64,000 nucleotides of DNA from the NCBI GenBank assembly GCA_040776905.1, contig JAXGZQ010000001.1, positions 1,564,400-1,628,399 on the forward strand, written 5' to 3'. Below, piece after piece: positions 48,306-57,864 of the stretch. The translations under genes and the position numbers were made by a program. The stretch comes from Clostridia bacterium (GTDB lineage Bacteria; Bacillota; Clostridia; Saccharofermentanales; UBA5734). The notes beneath the pieces are model-generated. The model ran no database searches, was not told the origin of the DNA, and worked only from the letters and a program-made list of their open reading frames with translations. Position 1 is the stretch's first letter. Every line of letters starts with the position of its first letter.

Positions 48306-50492
48306 TCAGCTCCATTCGATCGTAACGCGTTGTGTTTTTTGGCCGGACAGTTCAATGCTGCGTTCATCCGGCTGATGGCCTCCGACATCAATCTGCCAGA
48401 CGCCTCTGGCGATCGCGCGCTGCCCCTGATCATCAGCCTGCCAGAAATGCTTGCGCAGCAGTTCCAGTCTGAAGGATTTTGTCTCGCCGGGTGCCAGCTC
48501 AATCGCCGCAAGGCCGCGCAACTGATGGTGTGCCTGGCGGAAACGGACATCGGCCGGTGCCTTCAGATACAGTTGGATGATCTCCCGGCCTGCCTGGCTG
48601 CCTTGATTGGTCACCTGGCCGCTGACCGCGATGAGCGGGTCATTTCGCCGGGCCATCAGATCATCATCCGCATCAAGCGGCTCAGTGTCAAACCGGGTCA
48701 CCTGAAGTGGTCCATAGGAAAATGATGTGTAGCTGAGACCGAAACCAAAGGGGTAGAGCGGTGTCTTTGTCATGTAGCGATAGGTGCGGTCCTTCATGCT
48801 GTAGTCAGTGAAATCAGGCAGTTCCTCACTGCTGCGGTAAAAAGTGACCGGCAATCGACCGGAGGGCGAGAAATCACCGCAAACCAGCTGGGCCAGAGCA
48901 CGGCCGCCCTGAGCACCCGGATACCAGGCCTGGATGATCGCGTCTGCTTTTTCATCCGCCAGCGGCACAGCCAACGAGCTGCCGGCCAGAAGAACGACGA
49001 TGACCGGTTTGCCGCTGTCCAGCAGGGCTTCGAGCAGCTGGTGCTGATAACCGGGCAGATTGAGATCCTGTTTATCGCCGGAAGAGTACTGGTTGCCGGT
49101 ATCACCTTCTTCACCTTCGAGACCGGCATCAAGGCCGAGACAGAGGATAACCGCGTCAGCCTGGTCAGCACAGGCCAGTGCCTCACTGATTCGATCGCCG
49201 GGCTGGCTGAGATTGGTCATGGACGGATTGTACAGGTGGCAGCCTTCGGCATATAAAACGCGCGTGCCTGGCGCTGCGGTTTCGATGAAACCACGCAGCG
49301 GTGTCGCCGGATCATTCGGTGTCCCGTTATAGTTGCCGAGCAGCGCCGCCGGATTGTCGGCGTTCGGACCGACGACGGCCAGTGTACGGATCGATTCACG
49401 GCGCAGTGGCAGGACTCCGTTGTTTTTCAGGAGAACCAGACTGCGGCGGGCTGTTTCCAGATTGATCGCACGGTGTTCAGCCCCATCGACCAAATCAAAG
49501 GACAGCGTTTTCCAGGGCTGGTCCTGGACGTCTCCCAGCAGACCGAGACGGTAGCGGGCTGTCATCAGCCGGACCAGTGACACATCAATCGCGGCCTCAT
49601 CAATCAGGCCGTCTTCAACCGCCGCAAGCAGACTGAGGTACGCGGTACCGCAGTTGAGGTCGCAGCCGCGGCGGACAGCCAGCGCGGCGGATTCCGGCAT
49701 GTTTGAAGTCACGCCGTGCCCGTCGTGAAAATCCTTGATGGCCCAGCAGTCACTGGTGACATGTCCGTCAAACTGCCACAGTCCGCGCAGGATCTGTTCC
49801 AGCAGATATGGATGCGCGCAGCAGGGATCACCGTTGGTCCGGTTGTAAGCGCCCATGACAGATTCAACCTGTCCGTCGACAACACATTCCTCAAAGGCAT
49901 AGAGGTATGTGTCCCACAGATCCCGCAGATCTGAGCGGGCATCAAAATGATGGCGCAGCGCCTCAGGCCCCGAGTGGACCGCGTAATGCTTGGCACAGGC
50001 CGCGGCCTTGAGCCATCGTTCGTCAGTTCCTTGAATGCCGCGGATGAACGCTTTACCGCATTCCGCCGTCAGGAAAGGATCCTCGCCGTAAGTCTCATGT
50101 CCCCGGCCCCAGCGCGGGTCACGGAAAATATTGATATTCGGTGACCAGAAGGTCAGTCCCTTGTAAATATCACGGTCGCCGCGTCGGCTGGCCGCTTCAT
50201 ATTTCGCCCGCCCTTCGGTTGAGATGACATCGGCGACTTTTTCAAGCCAGACGGGATCGAACATCGCCGCCAGGCCGATCGCCTGCGGGAAAACGGTCGC
50301 CACCCCTGCTCTCGCGACCCCATGCAGCGCTTCATTCCACCAGTTATAGGCCGGAATGCCCAGGCGGGCCGACTCAGCGGCACCGTGGACCATCTGAAGC
50401 ACCTTCTCATCCAGCGTCATTTGCGCCACAAGCGCTCTGGCGCTTGCTTTATACTGATCATCAATTTCCCGGTGAATCGTTCCTGTCGGCAT
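48306..50492 (-). CDS. Glycoside hydrolase family 3 (beta-glucosidase/xylosidase-like)
   Basis: YNWWNEALHGVARAGVATVFPQAIGLAA...HVTSDCWAIKDFHDGHG...GLEGEEGD...YPFGFGLSYTSF; C-terminal Fn3-like domain. Confidence 0.95.
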   Translation of the reverse strand: MPTGTIHREIDDQYKASARALVAQMTLDEKVLQMVHGAAESARLGIPAYNWWNEALHGVARAGVATVFPQAIGLAAMFDPVWLEKVADVISTEGRAKYEAASRRGDRDIYKGLTFWSPNINIFRDPRWGRGHETYGEDPFLTAECGKAFIRGIQGTDERWLKAAACAKHYAVHSGPEALRHHFDARSDLRDLWDTYLYAFEECVVDGQVESVMGAYNRTNGDPCCAHPYLLEQILRGLWQFDGHVTSDCWAIKDFHDGHGVTSNMPESAALAVRRGCDLNCGTAYLSLLAAVEDGLIDEAAIDVSLVRLMTARYRLGLLGDVQDQPWKTLSFDLVDGAEHRAINLETARRSLVLLKNNGVLPLRRESIRTLAVVGPNADNPAALLGNYNGTPNDPATPLRGFIETAAPGTRVLYAEGCHLYNPSMTNLSQPGDRISEALACADQADAVILCLGLDAGLEGEEGDTGNQYSSGDKQDLNLPGYQHQLLEALLDSGKPVIVVLLAGSSLAVPLADEKADAIIQAWYPGAQGGRALAQLVCGDFSPSGRLPVTFYRSSEELPDFTDYSMKDRTYRYMTKTPLYPFGFGLSYTSFSYGPLQVTRFDTEPLDADDDLMARRNDPLIAVSGQVTNQGSQAGREIIQLYLKAPADVRFRQAHHQLRGLAAIELAPGETKSFRLELLRKHFWQADDQGQRAIARGVWQIDVGGHQPDERSIELSGQKTQRVTIEWS

Positions 50493-50512
50493 GGTCTGCC
50501 CTCCCTGACTGA

Positions 50513-52000
50513 TTATTCTTTCCGGCTGAAACTGCGCTCATCCGGCTGAAACGGTACTACATCCGCGGTTTCAAAGAGAAAGCGGAGCATCCTTTCTTTC
50601 AGTGAAATCAGAATGTCCTGCAGATCTGGTTCTTCGATCAGGTTATGCATCTCCCGAGGATCCTGCTGCAGGTCATAGAGCTCATCATTTTCATTCAGGC
50701 GCCGTACATATTTGTACCGATCGGTGCGCAGCATGACCGCCAGACTGTGCTCGGGGCCGCTGCCGGTCTGCAGGGACAGCCTGGGTGAGTAGAGCCCGTC
50801 ATCACTGCCGCTCGAAGTGGATTGGAATTCCGAGCAGTGCCATTCGTCCGGCCGTCGCCCACCTTCACAGAAAACAGCGTCCCGGTGCTGGTCGGTCTGT
50901 CCCTGGATCAAGGGGAGAAGGGAGCGGCCGAACTGTGTCCAGTCAAACGTCAGTCCAGCCAGATCAACAACTGTCGCGGGAAAGTCAACCAGTTCAACGA
51001 GGGCATCACGGACGCCCGGGCGGACCCCGGCATCACGCGGCGGCTTGACGATCAGGGGAACCCGGGTCAGACAGTCCTGAAACGTATTCTGAGTTTTTTC
51101 AACCAGTCCGTAATCACCGGTAAAATCTCCGTGATCGCTGAAAAAGAAGACCGCGCTGTCATCATAACGACCGCTTCGTTTCAGTGCTGCCATCAACTGG
51201 CCGAACTGGTCGTCAATCCGGGCACACATCCCGAGATACGTCGCTTTCAGCTCTGTCAGCCGCTCCCGGCTCCAGCCGGACAGCCGCTGCCTCTCGTAAA
51301 GTCCCCGCAGAATTGAAGGCTTATCCTCCCAGCGCCCATATGGTGGCAGGGGAGGCTCAACCCGGCTGCGGTCAATCTGGCTGTAATAGGGTTCCTCAAC
51401 ACCATAAGGAGGATGTGGATACAGCAAGGGCAGATAGATGCACAGCGGTTGATCGCCGTCGTATGAATCAATCAGGTCGATCGCGTCCAGCACATGGGCC
51501 CAGTCTTCATCAATATAAGGTCCGGGTCCGCGTGGTGTCAGGCGCCCGGCGTAAAATGAGTAGTAATTATCTCCGTCAGACGGTCCGCGCCACCAGGTTT
51601 CCGCATGCAGATTGTAGCCGGTCAGTTCACGATCGCTCCGGTTGTAGTGGCTGCAGACATCGTCATAGCCATGCTGCCCGGGAATCAGGTCGTTCTTGCC
51701 GCCCCACCAAACATGATAACCGGCCTGTTTGAGCGAGCGGAGCAGAACCGGCTCATGCGGCTGCATCATGTGATACATGGTCCGATGGCCATGCACATGA
51801 GGATACCAGCCGCTCATGAACGAACAGCGGCTGGGCGTGCAGACCGGATTCTGACAGTAGGCCTGGGCGAAAGAGACGGCATCCTCGCGGCAGATCCGGT
51901 CGAGATTCGGGGTGCTGCCCTGACCACCAAGATGAGCCAGCGCGTCACTGCGGAACTGGTCCGGATTGAAGATGATCAGATGGGGCTTCTTACCAGGCAT
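50513..52000 (-). CDS. Sulfatase (Cys-type)
   Basis: HLIIFNPDQFRSDAL...NPVCTPSRCSFMSGWYPH...FFFSDHGDFTGDYGL. Confidence 0.93.
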   Translation of the reverse strand: MPGKKPHLIIFNPDQFRSDALAHLGGQGSTPNLDRICREDAVSFAQAYCQNPVCTPSRCSFMSGWYPHVHGHRTMYHMMQPHEPVLLRSLKQAGYHVWWGGKNDLIPGQHGYDDVCSHYNRSDRELTGYNLHAETWWRGPSDGDNYYSFYAGRLTPRGPGPYIDEDWAHVLDAIDLIDSYDGDQPLCIYLPLLYPHPPYGVEEPYYSQIDRSRVEPPLPPYGRWEDKPSILRGLYERQRLSGWSRERLTELKATYLGMCARIDDQFGQLMAALKRSGRYDDSAVFFFSDHGDFTGDYGLVEKTQNTFQDCLTRVPLIVKPPRDAGVRPGVRDALVELVDFPATVVDLAGLTFDWTQFGRSLLPLIQGQTDQHRDAVFCEGGRRPDEWHCSEFQSTSSGSDDGLYSPRLSLQTGSGPEHSLAVMLRTDRYKYVRRLNENDELYDLQQDPREMHNLIEEPDLQDILISLKERMLRFLFETADVVPFQPDERSFSRKE

Positions 52001-52041
52001 GTCAACCTCCGTCCTGCTGTCTGTTCAGTTTTTACCGGCGG

Positions 52042-53154
52042 TCAGTAAATGGACCGGCCGGCCAGCTTATAATCAGCGATTTTCAGTTTGCGCATGACAT
52101 CGATGCCGTAGGGGCAGCGTTCATTGCAAAGGCCGCAGTCAGTACAGCGGTCGGCCTTTACCGTCAGAGCGGCATAATCTTCGCGTGCCTGGCGGTCATT
52201 GCCGAACCAGAAGCGAAGCCGGTCACGCAGAGCGAAGTCGGACGCGTTCCGAACGATGCCGTCCCGCATCTGTCGGTCATAATGGCCTTCCATCAGGAAA
52301 ATAAGCGGCAGGTCAATCTGTTCCGGACAAGGCAGGCACAGGCCACATTGCCGGCAGACATAATTCCCCAGCTCAGGCGCGTCGTGATAAAGCTGTTCCA
52401 GCGCTTCGTCTGTCGGCGGGACATAATCATTGGCGAACGTAAGATCATCTCGCAGCATCGCTTCAGTGTTGATCCCGGTCACGACAACGGAGACGGGCCG
52501 GCTGAACGCGTATTGGAACGCCCTGGACGCGGACTGCCAGAGCAGACCGTCTGCCAGCGGTTTCATCAGAATGACCGCGCAGCCTTTTTCAGCGGCCAGC
52601 GGCAGCAGTTCGTCTTCAATGGCGGGGAAATTGAATCGATCATAATAATTGATGGTGGTCATGACGGCTTCGAATGGGTATCGCTTGAGGGCTTCGACCA
52701 GGACATCCGGTCGACCATGCATGGAGAGTCCGACATGGTCCGCCTTGCCGGCCTCGCGGGCGGTGAGAAATCCTTCGATTGCACCGCCCGGACCGAGGAT
52801 CTGGTCCAGTTCAGCCAGTGTGGCCACTCCATGCATCAGAACAACATCAAGGTGGTCTGTCTGCAGATTCTCCAGACTGCGGTCGAGGGTTCTCAAAAAA
52901 CCGTCCCGGTCGCGGTCCGCCATCTTTGAGACCAGCATGTACTCCTGCCGGCGATGTGATATCGCCTGGCCGATCTTGCGTTCTGATTCACCGTTGCCAT
53001 AGTTCGCGGCGGTTTCAATGTAATTGCCGCCACTGTCAAGGTAAGCGTTGAGAAGCCGTGTGGATGTTTCGAGGTCGATCTCCAGCAGATGGAAACCACC
53101 AAAACCGAGAATCGTTGAGGCCAGACCTGTCTGGCCGAACGGACGTGTCAGCAT
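52042..53154 (-). CDS. Aldo/keto reductase with C-terminal 4Fe-4S-type cysteine clusters
   Basis: AKR domain plus CRQCGLCLPCPEQI and CTDCGLCNERCPYGIDV. Confidence 0.88.
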   Translation of the reverse strand: MLTRPFGQTGLASTILGFGGFHLLEIDLETSTRLLNAYLDSGGNYIETAANYGNGESERKIGQAISHRRQEYMLVSKMADRDRDGFLRTLDRSLENLQTDHLDVVLMHGVATLAELDQILGPGGAIEGFLTAREAGKADHVGLSMHGRPDVLVEALKRYPFEAVMTTINYYDRFNFPAIEDELLPLAAEKGCAVILMKPLADGLLWQSASRAFQYAFSRPVSVVVTGINTEAMLRDDLTFANDYVPPTDEALEQLYHDAPELGNYVCRQCGLCLPCPEQIDLPLIFLMEGHYDRQMRDGIVRNASDFALRDRLRFWFGNDRQAREDYAALTVKADRCTDCGLCNERCPYGIDVMRKLKIADYKLAGRSIY

Positions 53155-53238
53155 GCCATGTCCCTCCTGTCATCGGAATAATCGGTTGGAGTCTGGTTTT
53201 ATTATAGCATGATGATCGCCGGGACAACGGCAGATCGG

Positions 53239-53520
53239 TCAGACAAGTGGATGATCAGATTGCTTTTCCAGACGGCGGTTGCGGACATACAACAGAAGAT
53301 CAAGTGAAACGATCGTCAGATTGAAGATGTAAACGAGAATCACCAAATCCTGCGAATATAAAACCTTATGTAGAATACCGCTGACATAGCCAATCCAGAT
53401 CGCGATCAGAAACAAGAGGCTTTTCCCCTTTGTGCTGCGTGCCCGATAGGATTTCAACGCGGCAAAAGGCCAGGAAATCCCGAAACAGACCAGCATGATC
53501 AGCTCAAAAACACTATTCAT
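53239..53520 (-). CDS. Small multi-pass membrane protein (PQ-loop/SemiSWEET-like, tentative)
   Basis: MNSVFELIMLVCFGISWPFAALKSYRARSTKGKSLLFLIAIWIGYVSGILHKVLYS...; start overlaps the upstream stop (ATGA). Confidence 0.65.
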   Translation of the reverse strand: MNSVFELIMLVCFGISWPFAALKSYRARSTKGKSLLFLIAIWIGYVSGILHKVLYSQDLVILVYIFNLTIVSLDLLLYVRNRRLEKQSDHPLV

Positions 53521-55463
53521 TGAATCGCACCTCTCACATAAAGAATATATTTGTCACGGTCCAAAGGATTGATCCCGCGATACTCCGTACTTTCACCATA
53601 ACCTTCCGGACAGGGCTGGTAATCGGCGAATGTCATGGCCAAAATACCACGTCCACCTGTGACCTGGGCGACGAAGACCGGGAAATCCATTGATTCAGCG
53701 GCCGGTACCCGTCCGGTCAGAAGGCGCCTGGTTTCAGGGTCCGTCTGATCTGGGACATCATCCGGCGGTTCAGCGTCAAGCTGGCCCCGCATGGTCACGA
53801 TCCGGCTGATCATCCTGCCGGTGTCTGCCTGGGGGATCGAGAGCCAGAAGCGGAGAATCGGTTCAAGCAAACGGGTTCCGGCGGCGACGAGTCCCTTCAT
53901 GATGGCCATCGGGGTGACGGTGGCGAAGTCCAGTGGATGCGTGTGGACCGGATGATCCTCACCATCGGCCAGCGTGATTTTCAGATCGGTCACCTGCCAG
54001 CCAAGTGGACCCTGCTGCAGCGCGGGACCGATGGTCTGTTCGACCTGGCCCTGATAACGATAGTGAATCCGTGTATCGGGTGTCCGGCTTTCATAGATGA
54101 CACCGCTCCCTGTCGGCAGCGGTTCAATTTCAAACCGGACGATCGCCCAGCAGGGTTTCGGCATGGTATAGGCATCAAAACCGATCGCCGGTTTGACCGG
54201 AGTTTCCCGGTAAATAATCTGCGGCGGCTCAATCCCGACTTTTAGATCGAACCGTGTCTCAAACAGGTTGGCGAGAATCTCAATTTGAATCGGGCCGGTG
54301 ACATGAAGAAGCAGTTGGCGGACACCAGGAACCCAGATCATATCCAATTTCGGATCTTCCGCGGTCAGTTCCTCGCAGGCAGCGACCAGCCGGCTGAGAT
54401 CCTGCTCATCGACAGGGCGCAGGCGGACCTGGAGCAGCGGCTGGGCAACAGGGACTGAACGGGGCACATGTGCGGCGTCTCCCAGCCAGTCGCCGGCCCG
54501 GACATCCGACAGTCCACAGATCGCCGCGATATCGCCGGCTGCCATCTCACCGATATCAGACGCGCGCCTGCCGGAGGTTTTGCGGATCTGGACAATCTTG
54601 GCCGTTGTGCCGCGGGTCGCGTTGAAGACGGCATCACGGTTTTTCAGTCGGCCGCTGTACAGGCGGACATAGGCGATCCGTCCCAGCCGCGGATCGTGTT
54701 CGACTTTGAAGACAGACGCCGCGACCGGTCCATCGGGATCGCCGGCTGGTGGCCTCGCGGTCAGAATGATCAGGTCGAGCAGCTCACGGATTCCTTGTCC
54801 GAGCAGTGCGCTGCCGGTCAGGTATGGGGCCGTCAGGCCGTCATGCATCTGCCGGATCAGGGCTTCAACAAGCTGTTCCCGATCCGCGTTCCGACCTTCC
54901 AGCCACAACTCGGCGAGCTGATCATCATGTTCCGCCAGTTCAGACAGCCATTGATCCTCCTGGCCGGCGGGAAGCACCGAGAGACGGAGCAGTTGACGCA
55001 CAGTGGCCAGCACCCGCTCAGGGTCGGCACCGGTGCGGTCGGTTTTGTTGATAAAGAGAATGACCGGACAGTTCAGACGGCGAAGTGCCTGGTAGTACTG
55101 TTCGCTTTGGGCCTGGACGCCTTCAACCGCGGAAAGGCAGAGTACCGCGCAGTCAAGGACCTGCAGGCTGCGCTCAACCTCAGCCGCGAAATCAACATGA
55201 CCGGGGGTGTCGATCAGATTGATCGTCACACCTTGCCAGTGGATGACGGTTGTCGCCGTCCGTACGGAAATCCCGCGGCGGCGCTCGACCTCCATATAGT
55301 CAGTCTGGGCCGTTCCCAGATCCACACTGCCGGGGGCAAGCACCGCACCGCTGTGATAAAGAAGCTGTTCGGTCAGCGTGGTCTTTCCAGCGTCAACATG
55401 GGCGATAATCCCGATATTGATCACAGAACCACGATTTTCAACTGACAAGTCGTTTTTCTGCAT
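53517..55463 (-). CDS. Translational GTPase of the EF-G/TetM ribosomal-protection-like group
   Basis: INIGIIAHVDAGKTTLTEQLLYHSG, DTPGHVDF, INKTDR, later EF-G-type domains (TVTPMAIMKGLVAAGTRLLEPIL). The ORF is open upstream to 55487. Confidence 0.85.
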   Translation of the reverse strand: MQKNDLSVENRGSVINIGIIAHVDAGKTTLTEQLLYHSGAVLAPGSVDLGTAQTDYMEVERRRGISVRTATTVIHWQGVTINLIDTPGHVDFAAEVERSLQVLDCAVLCLSAVEGVQAQSEQYYQALRRLNCPVILFINKTDRTGADPERVLATVRQLLRLSVLPAGQEDQWLSELAEHDDQLAELWLEGRNADREQLVEALIRQMHDGLTAPYLTGSALLGQGIRELLDLIILTARPPAGDPDGPVAASVFKVEHDPRLGRIAYVRLYSGRLKNRDAVFNATRGTTAKIVQIRKTSGRRASDIGEMAAGDIAAICGLSDVRAGDWLGDAAHVPRSVPVAQPLLQVRLRPVDEQDLSRLVAACEELTAEDPKLDMIWVPGVRQLLLHVTGPIQIEILANLFETRFDLKVGIEPPQIIYRETPVKPAIGFDAYTMPKPCWAIVRFEIEPLPTGSGVIYESRTPDTRIHYRYQGQVEQTIGPALQQGPLGWQVTDLKITLADGEDHPVHTHPLDFATVTPMAIMKGLVAAGTRLLEPILRFWLSIPQADTGRMISRIVTMRGQLDAEPPDDVPDQTDPETRRLLTGRVPAAESMDFPVFVAQVTGGRGILAMTFADYQPCPEGYGESTEYRGINPLDRDKYILYVRGAIQ

Positions 55464-55588
55464 GAAGATAATTTTAGCACAGATCAACCGATTCCATAGT
55501 ACAATAATGTTAGTCGTTCACAGAGTATGATTGTTCTGCCGCGCAGACCGTCGGGCTTGATATGAGAAGCTCAGATGAGGGGGTCCCC

Positions 55589-56581
55589 ATGTTCTGTCAG
55601 CATTGTGGAGCACAGTTGGAAGCGGACGCGTCATTCTGTATGACCTGTGGAAAACCGGTTGAATCGTCCGGACAGGAACAGATGGATCAGATCGCTCAAC
55701 ATGAACCGACGCCGGTCTCACCACTTCCGGGTACGCCCTCACAAGGGGCAAACACCTGGCAGCCACCCGTACCGCCCGTTTCACCGGATCCATCTTATCA
55801 GGCAGCTGCGCCAGGCGGTATGCCGCCCATGGTTCCGCTGCCGAAAAAAAGAAGAACTGGCTGCCTGATTGTGATCATCATTCTGTTGATCCTGCTGCTG
55901 GCGATAGCCGGCCTGGCCGCAATGGTTTTCGGATTATTCGGACCGAAGAATCTCGGCGTTGAGTATACCGAGGCGGATTACCAGAGTGCCATGGAGAAAA
56001 TCGGAACTGAGATCATCTTTGATGGTCAGGAAGGTGACAACCTGCGGGAACTGACCCTTGAACTGAAGGAGGACGGTACCCAATATCCGGTCGCTGAATT
56101 TGACTGGCAGCATGACAATTTCCAACGACGCAGCTTTGAATTGACCCCTGAAGAAGCAACCGCACTGTGCAATGAGATTGCGCCGGCATTCTACTGGTTT
56201 GAGCGGACCCAGGTTGATATTCTGCCCGGCGGTATCGTTGAAGCGTCAGGAACCCTGCGGCTGCGCAAAGCGCTGCAGGATCATTATCCCGAACTGATTG
56301 ATGAGGTGCCGTTCCCGATTTTCCGCAAGGTAAATCTCTATGCCCGAGGCGGAATCGAGATCAGGGAAAACAGTCTGGATCTCGCGCCTGACACCTTCCG
56401 TACCGGGCCGATTGAGGGCATCTCAACTGATATGCTCGATGAGAACGCCCATTATTTTGAGCCGCTGTATACATCGATCCCCGGACTGGTCATTCACTCA
56501 CTTGAAGTGACCGATGAAGGGACGTTCGCAGTGGACGCGACGATCCCACAGCGGACCACGGTGACCCGGAGGCAACCCTGA
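55589..56581 (+). CDS. Zinc-ribbon membrane protein
   Basis: MFCQHCGAQLEADASFCMTCGKPVE, Pro-rich linker, one TM (CLIVIIILLILLLAIAGLAAMVF), extracytoplasmic domain. Confidence 0.8.
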   Translation: MFCQHCGAQLEADASFCMTCGKPVESSGQEQMDQIAQHEPTPVSPLPGTPSQGANTWQPPVPPVSPDPSYQAAAPGGMPPMVPLPKKRRTGCLIVIIILLILLLAIAGLAAMVFGLFGPKNLGVEYTEADYQSAMEKIGTEIIFDGQEGDNLRELTLELKEDGTQYPVAEFDWQHDNFQRRSFELTPEEATALCNEIAPAFYWFERTQVDILPGGIVEASGTLRLRKALQDHYPELIDEVPFPIFRKVNLYARGGIEIRENSLDLAPDTFRTGPIEGISTDMLDENAHYFEPLYTSIPGLVIHSLEVTDEGTFAVDATIPQRTTVTRRQP

Positions 56582-57864
56582 TGCGGACGCTTCTGATCAA
56601 TGGAAAGCACGAACCGATTCCGCCGTTCCCTCATCCGCGTGATTATGTCTGGCGCTGCAGCCGCTTTTTCGGAGCCCGCTCCTTATTGTCCTTCATGGCG
56701 GTCGCCCGTTTCCATGCCTTCCGTGAGCTGTTCAACAGCTGGCGCTACCGCTGTGGCATCCCCCGTGATATTTTGATTGATCCGACCAATGCCTGTAACC
56801 TGCGTTGTATCGGCTGCTGGTCGCATGACTATGACCAGACCTGTGAGCTCAGCCTGGATAAGCTTGATCAGATCTGCGCGGAAGCGCGAAAACTGGGGAC
56901 ACTGGATATTCTTCTGACCGGCGGCGAACCGATGCTGCGCCGCAAAGATATTCTTGAACTGGCCCGGCGCCACCGACGGTTGTTTTTCGGACTGTTCACC
57001 AACGGAACGCTGATCGATGAATCCTTTGTCACTGCGATTGAACAGCTTGGCAATGTGACGGTATTTATCAGTATTGAGGGGTATCGTGAGGAGACTGATT
57101 TCCGGCGTGGGCAGGGAACCTATGATCGCGCGATCCGGGCGATGCGTCTTTTGCATCAACATGGTATCGCGTTCGGATTTTCGCTTTGTTATCACAAGAT
57201 GAATTATCAAACCGTGACCAGTGACGCGTTTCTTGATTTTCTGCGGCAGGAAGGGGCCTGGTTTGGCTGGGCTTTTGCTTATCGGCCGATCGGGCGTGAC
57301 GCGGACATGAGTCTTTGCCTGAACGCTGAACAGCGCGAGCTGGCCCGGACCCGGTTGGATGATTACAGTCACCGGAACCAGATGACGATTATTGACTTAT
57401 TCAACAGCGGACATCAGGCCTACGGCTGTGTCGCGGCGGGCAGCGGTTATCTGCATATCGCGGCCAGCGGTGATGTCGAACCCTGTGCTTTTTGCCATTA
57501 CGCGGACAGCAACCTGCATGACGTCAGTCTGCAGGAAGCGCTGCAATCACCATTTTTCAGGGCGTTCCGGCGGGCTCAGCCGTTTTCCGACAATCCGCTT
57601 CAACCCTGTCCGATGATCGATCAGCCGGACGCGATCGTCCGGCTGACAGAAGCGCATGGCGCGCGTTCAACGCACCAGACCAGTCCGGAAAGCGCACGGC
57701 AGTTCGCCGATAAAATCAGACCCTATGCCAGTGAATGGAATCAGCATGTACGGGATAAAAGCCGGCCATATCCGCGATCCGTGCTGAAACGATATCAGGC
57801 GCTGAGAAAAATTCTACAGATCAGGAAGCGGCTGGCAGGTGATATGGAGGATCCATCACGATGA
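56581..57864 (+). CDS. Radical SAM protein
   Basis: DPTNACNLRCIGCWSHDYDQTCEL (CxxxCxxC), ILLTGGEPMLRRKD, C-terminal Cys-rich region GDVEPCAFCHY. Confidence 0.92.
   Translation: MRTLLINGKHEPIPPFPHPRDYVWRCSRFFGARSLLSFMAVARFHAFRELFNSWRYRCGIPRDILIDPTNACNLRCIGCWSHDYDQTCELSLDKLDQICAEARKLGTLDILLTGGEPMLRRKDILELARRHRRLFFGLFTNGTLIDESFVTAIEQLGNVTVFISIEGYREETDFRRGQGTYDRAIRAMRLLHQHGIAFGFSLCYHKMNYQTVTSDAFLDFLRQEGAWFGWAFAYRPIGRDADMSLCLNAEQRELARTRLDDYSHRNQMTIIDLFNSGHQAYGCVAAGSGYLHIAASGDVEPCAFCHYADSNLHDVSLQEALQSPFFRAFRRAQPFSDNPLQPCPMIDQPDAIVRLTEAHGARSTHQTSPESARQFADKIRPYASEWNQHVRDKSRPYPRSVLKRYQALRKILQIRKRLAGDMEDPSR

Noticed and set aside
54468-55445. 325-aa plus-strand ORF antisense to the EF-G/TetM-like gene
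   Set aside because: Shadow ORF; the P-loop and G-motifs on the minus strand are unambiguous.
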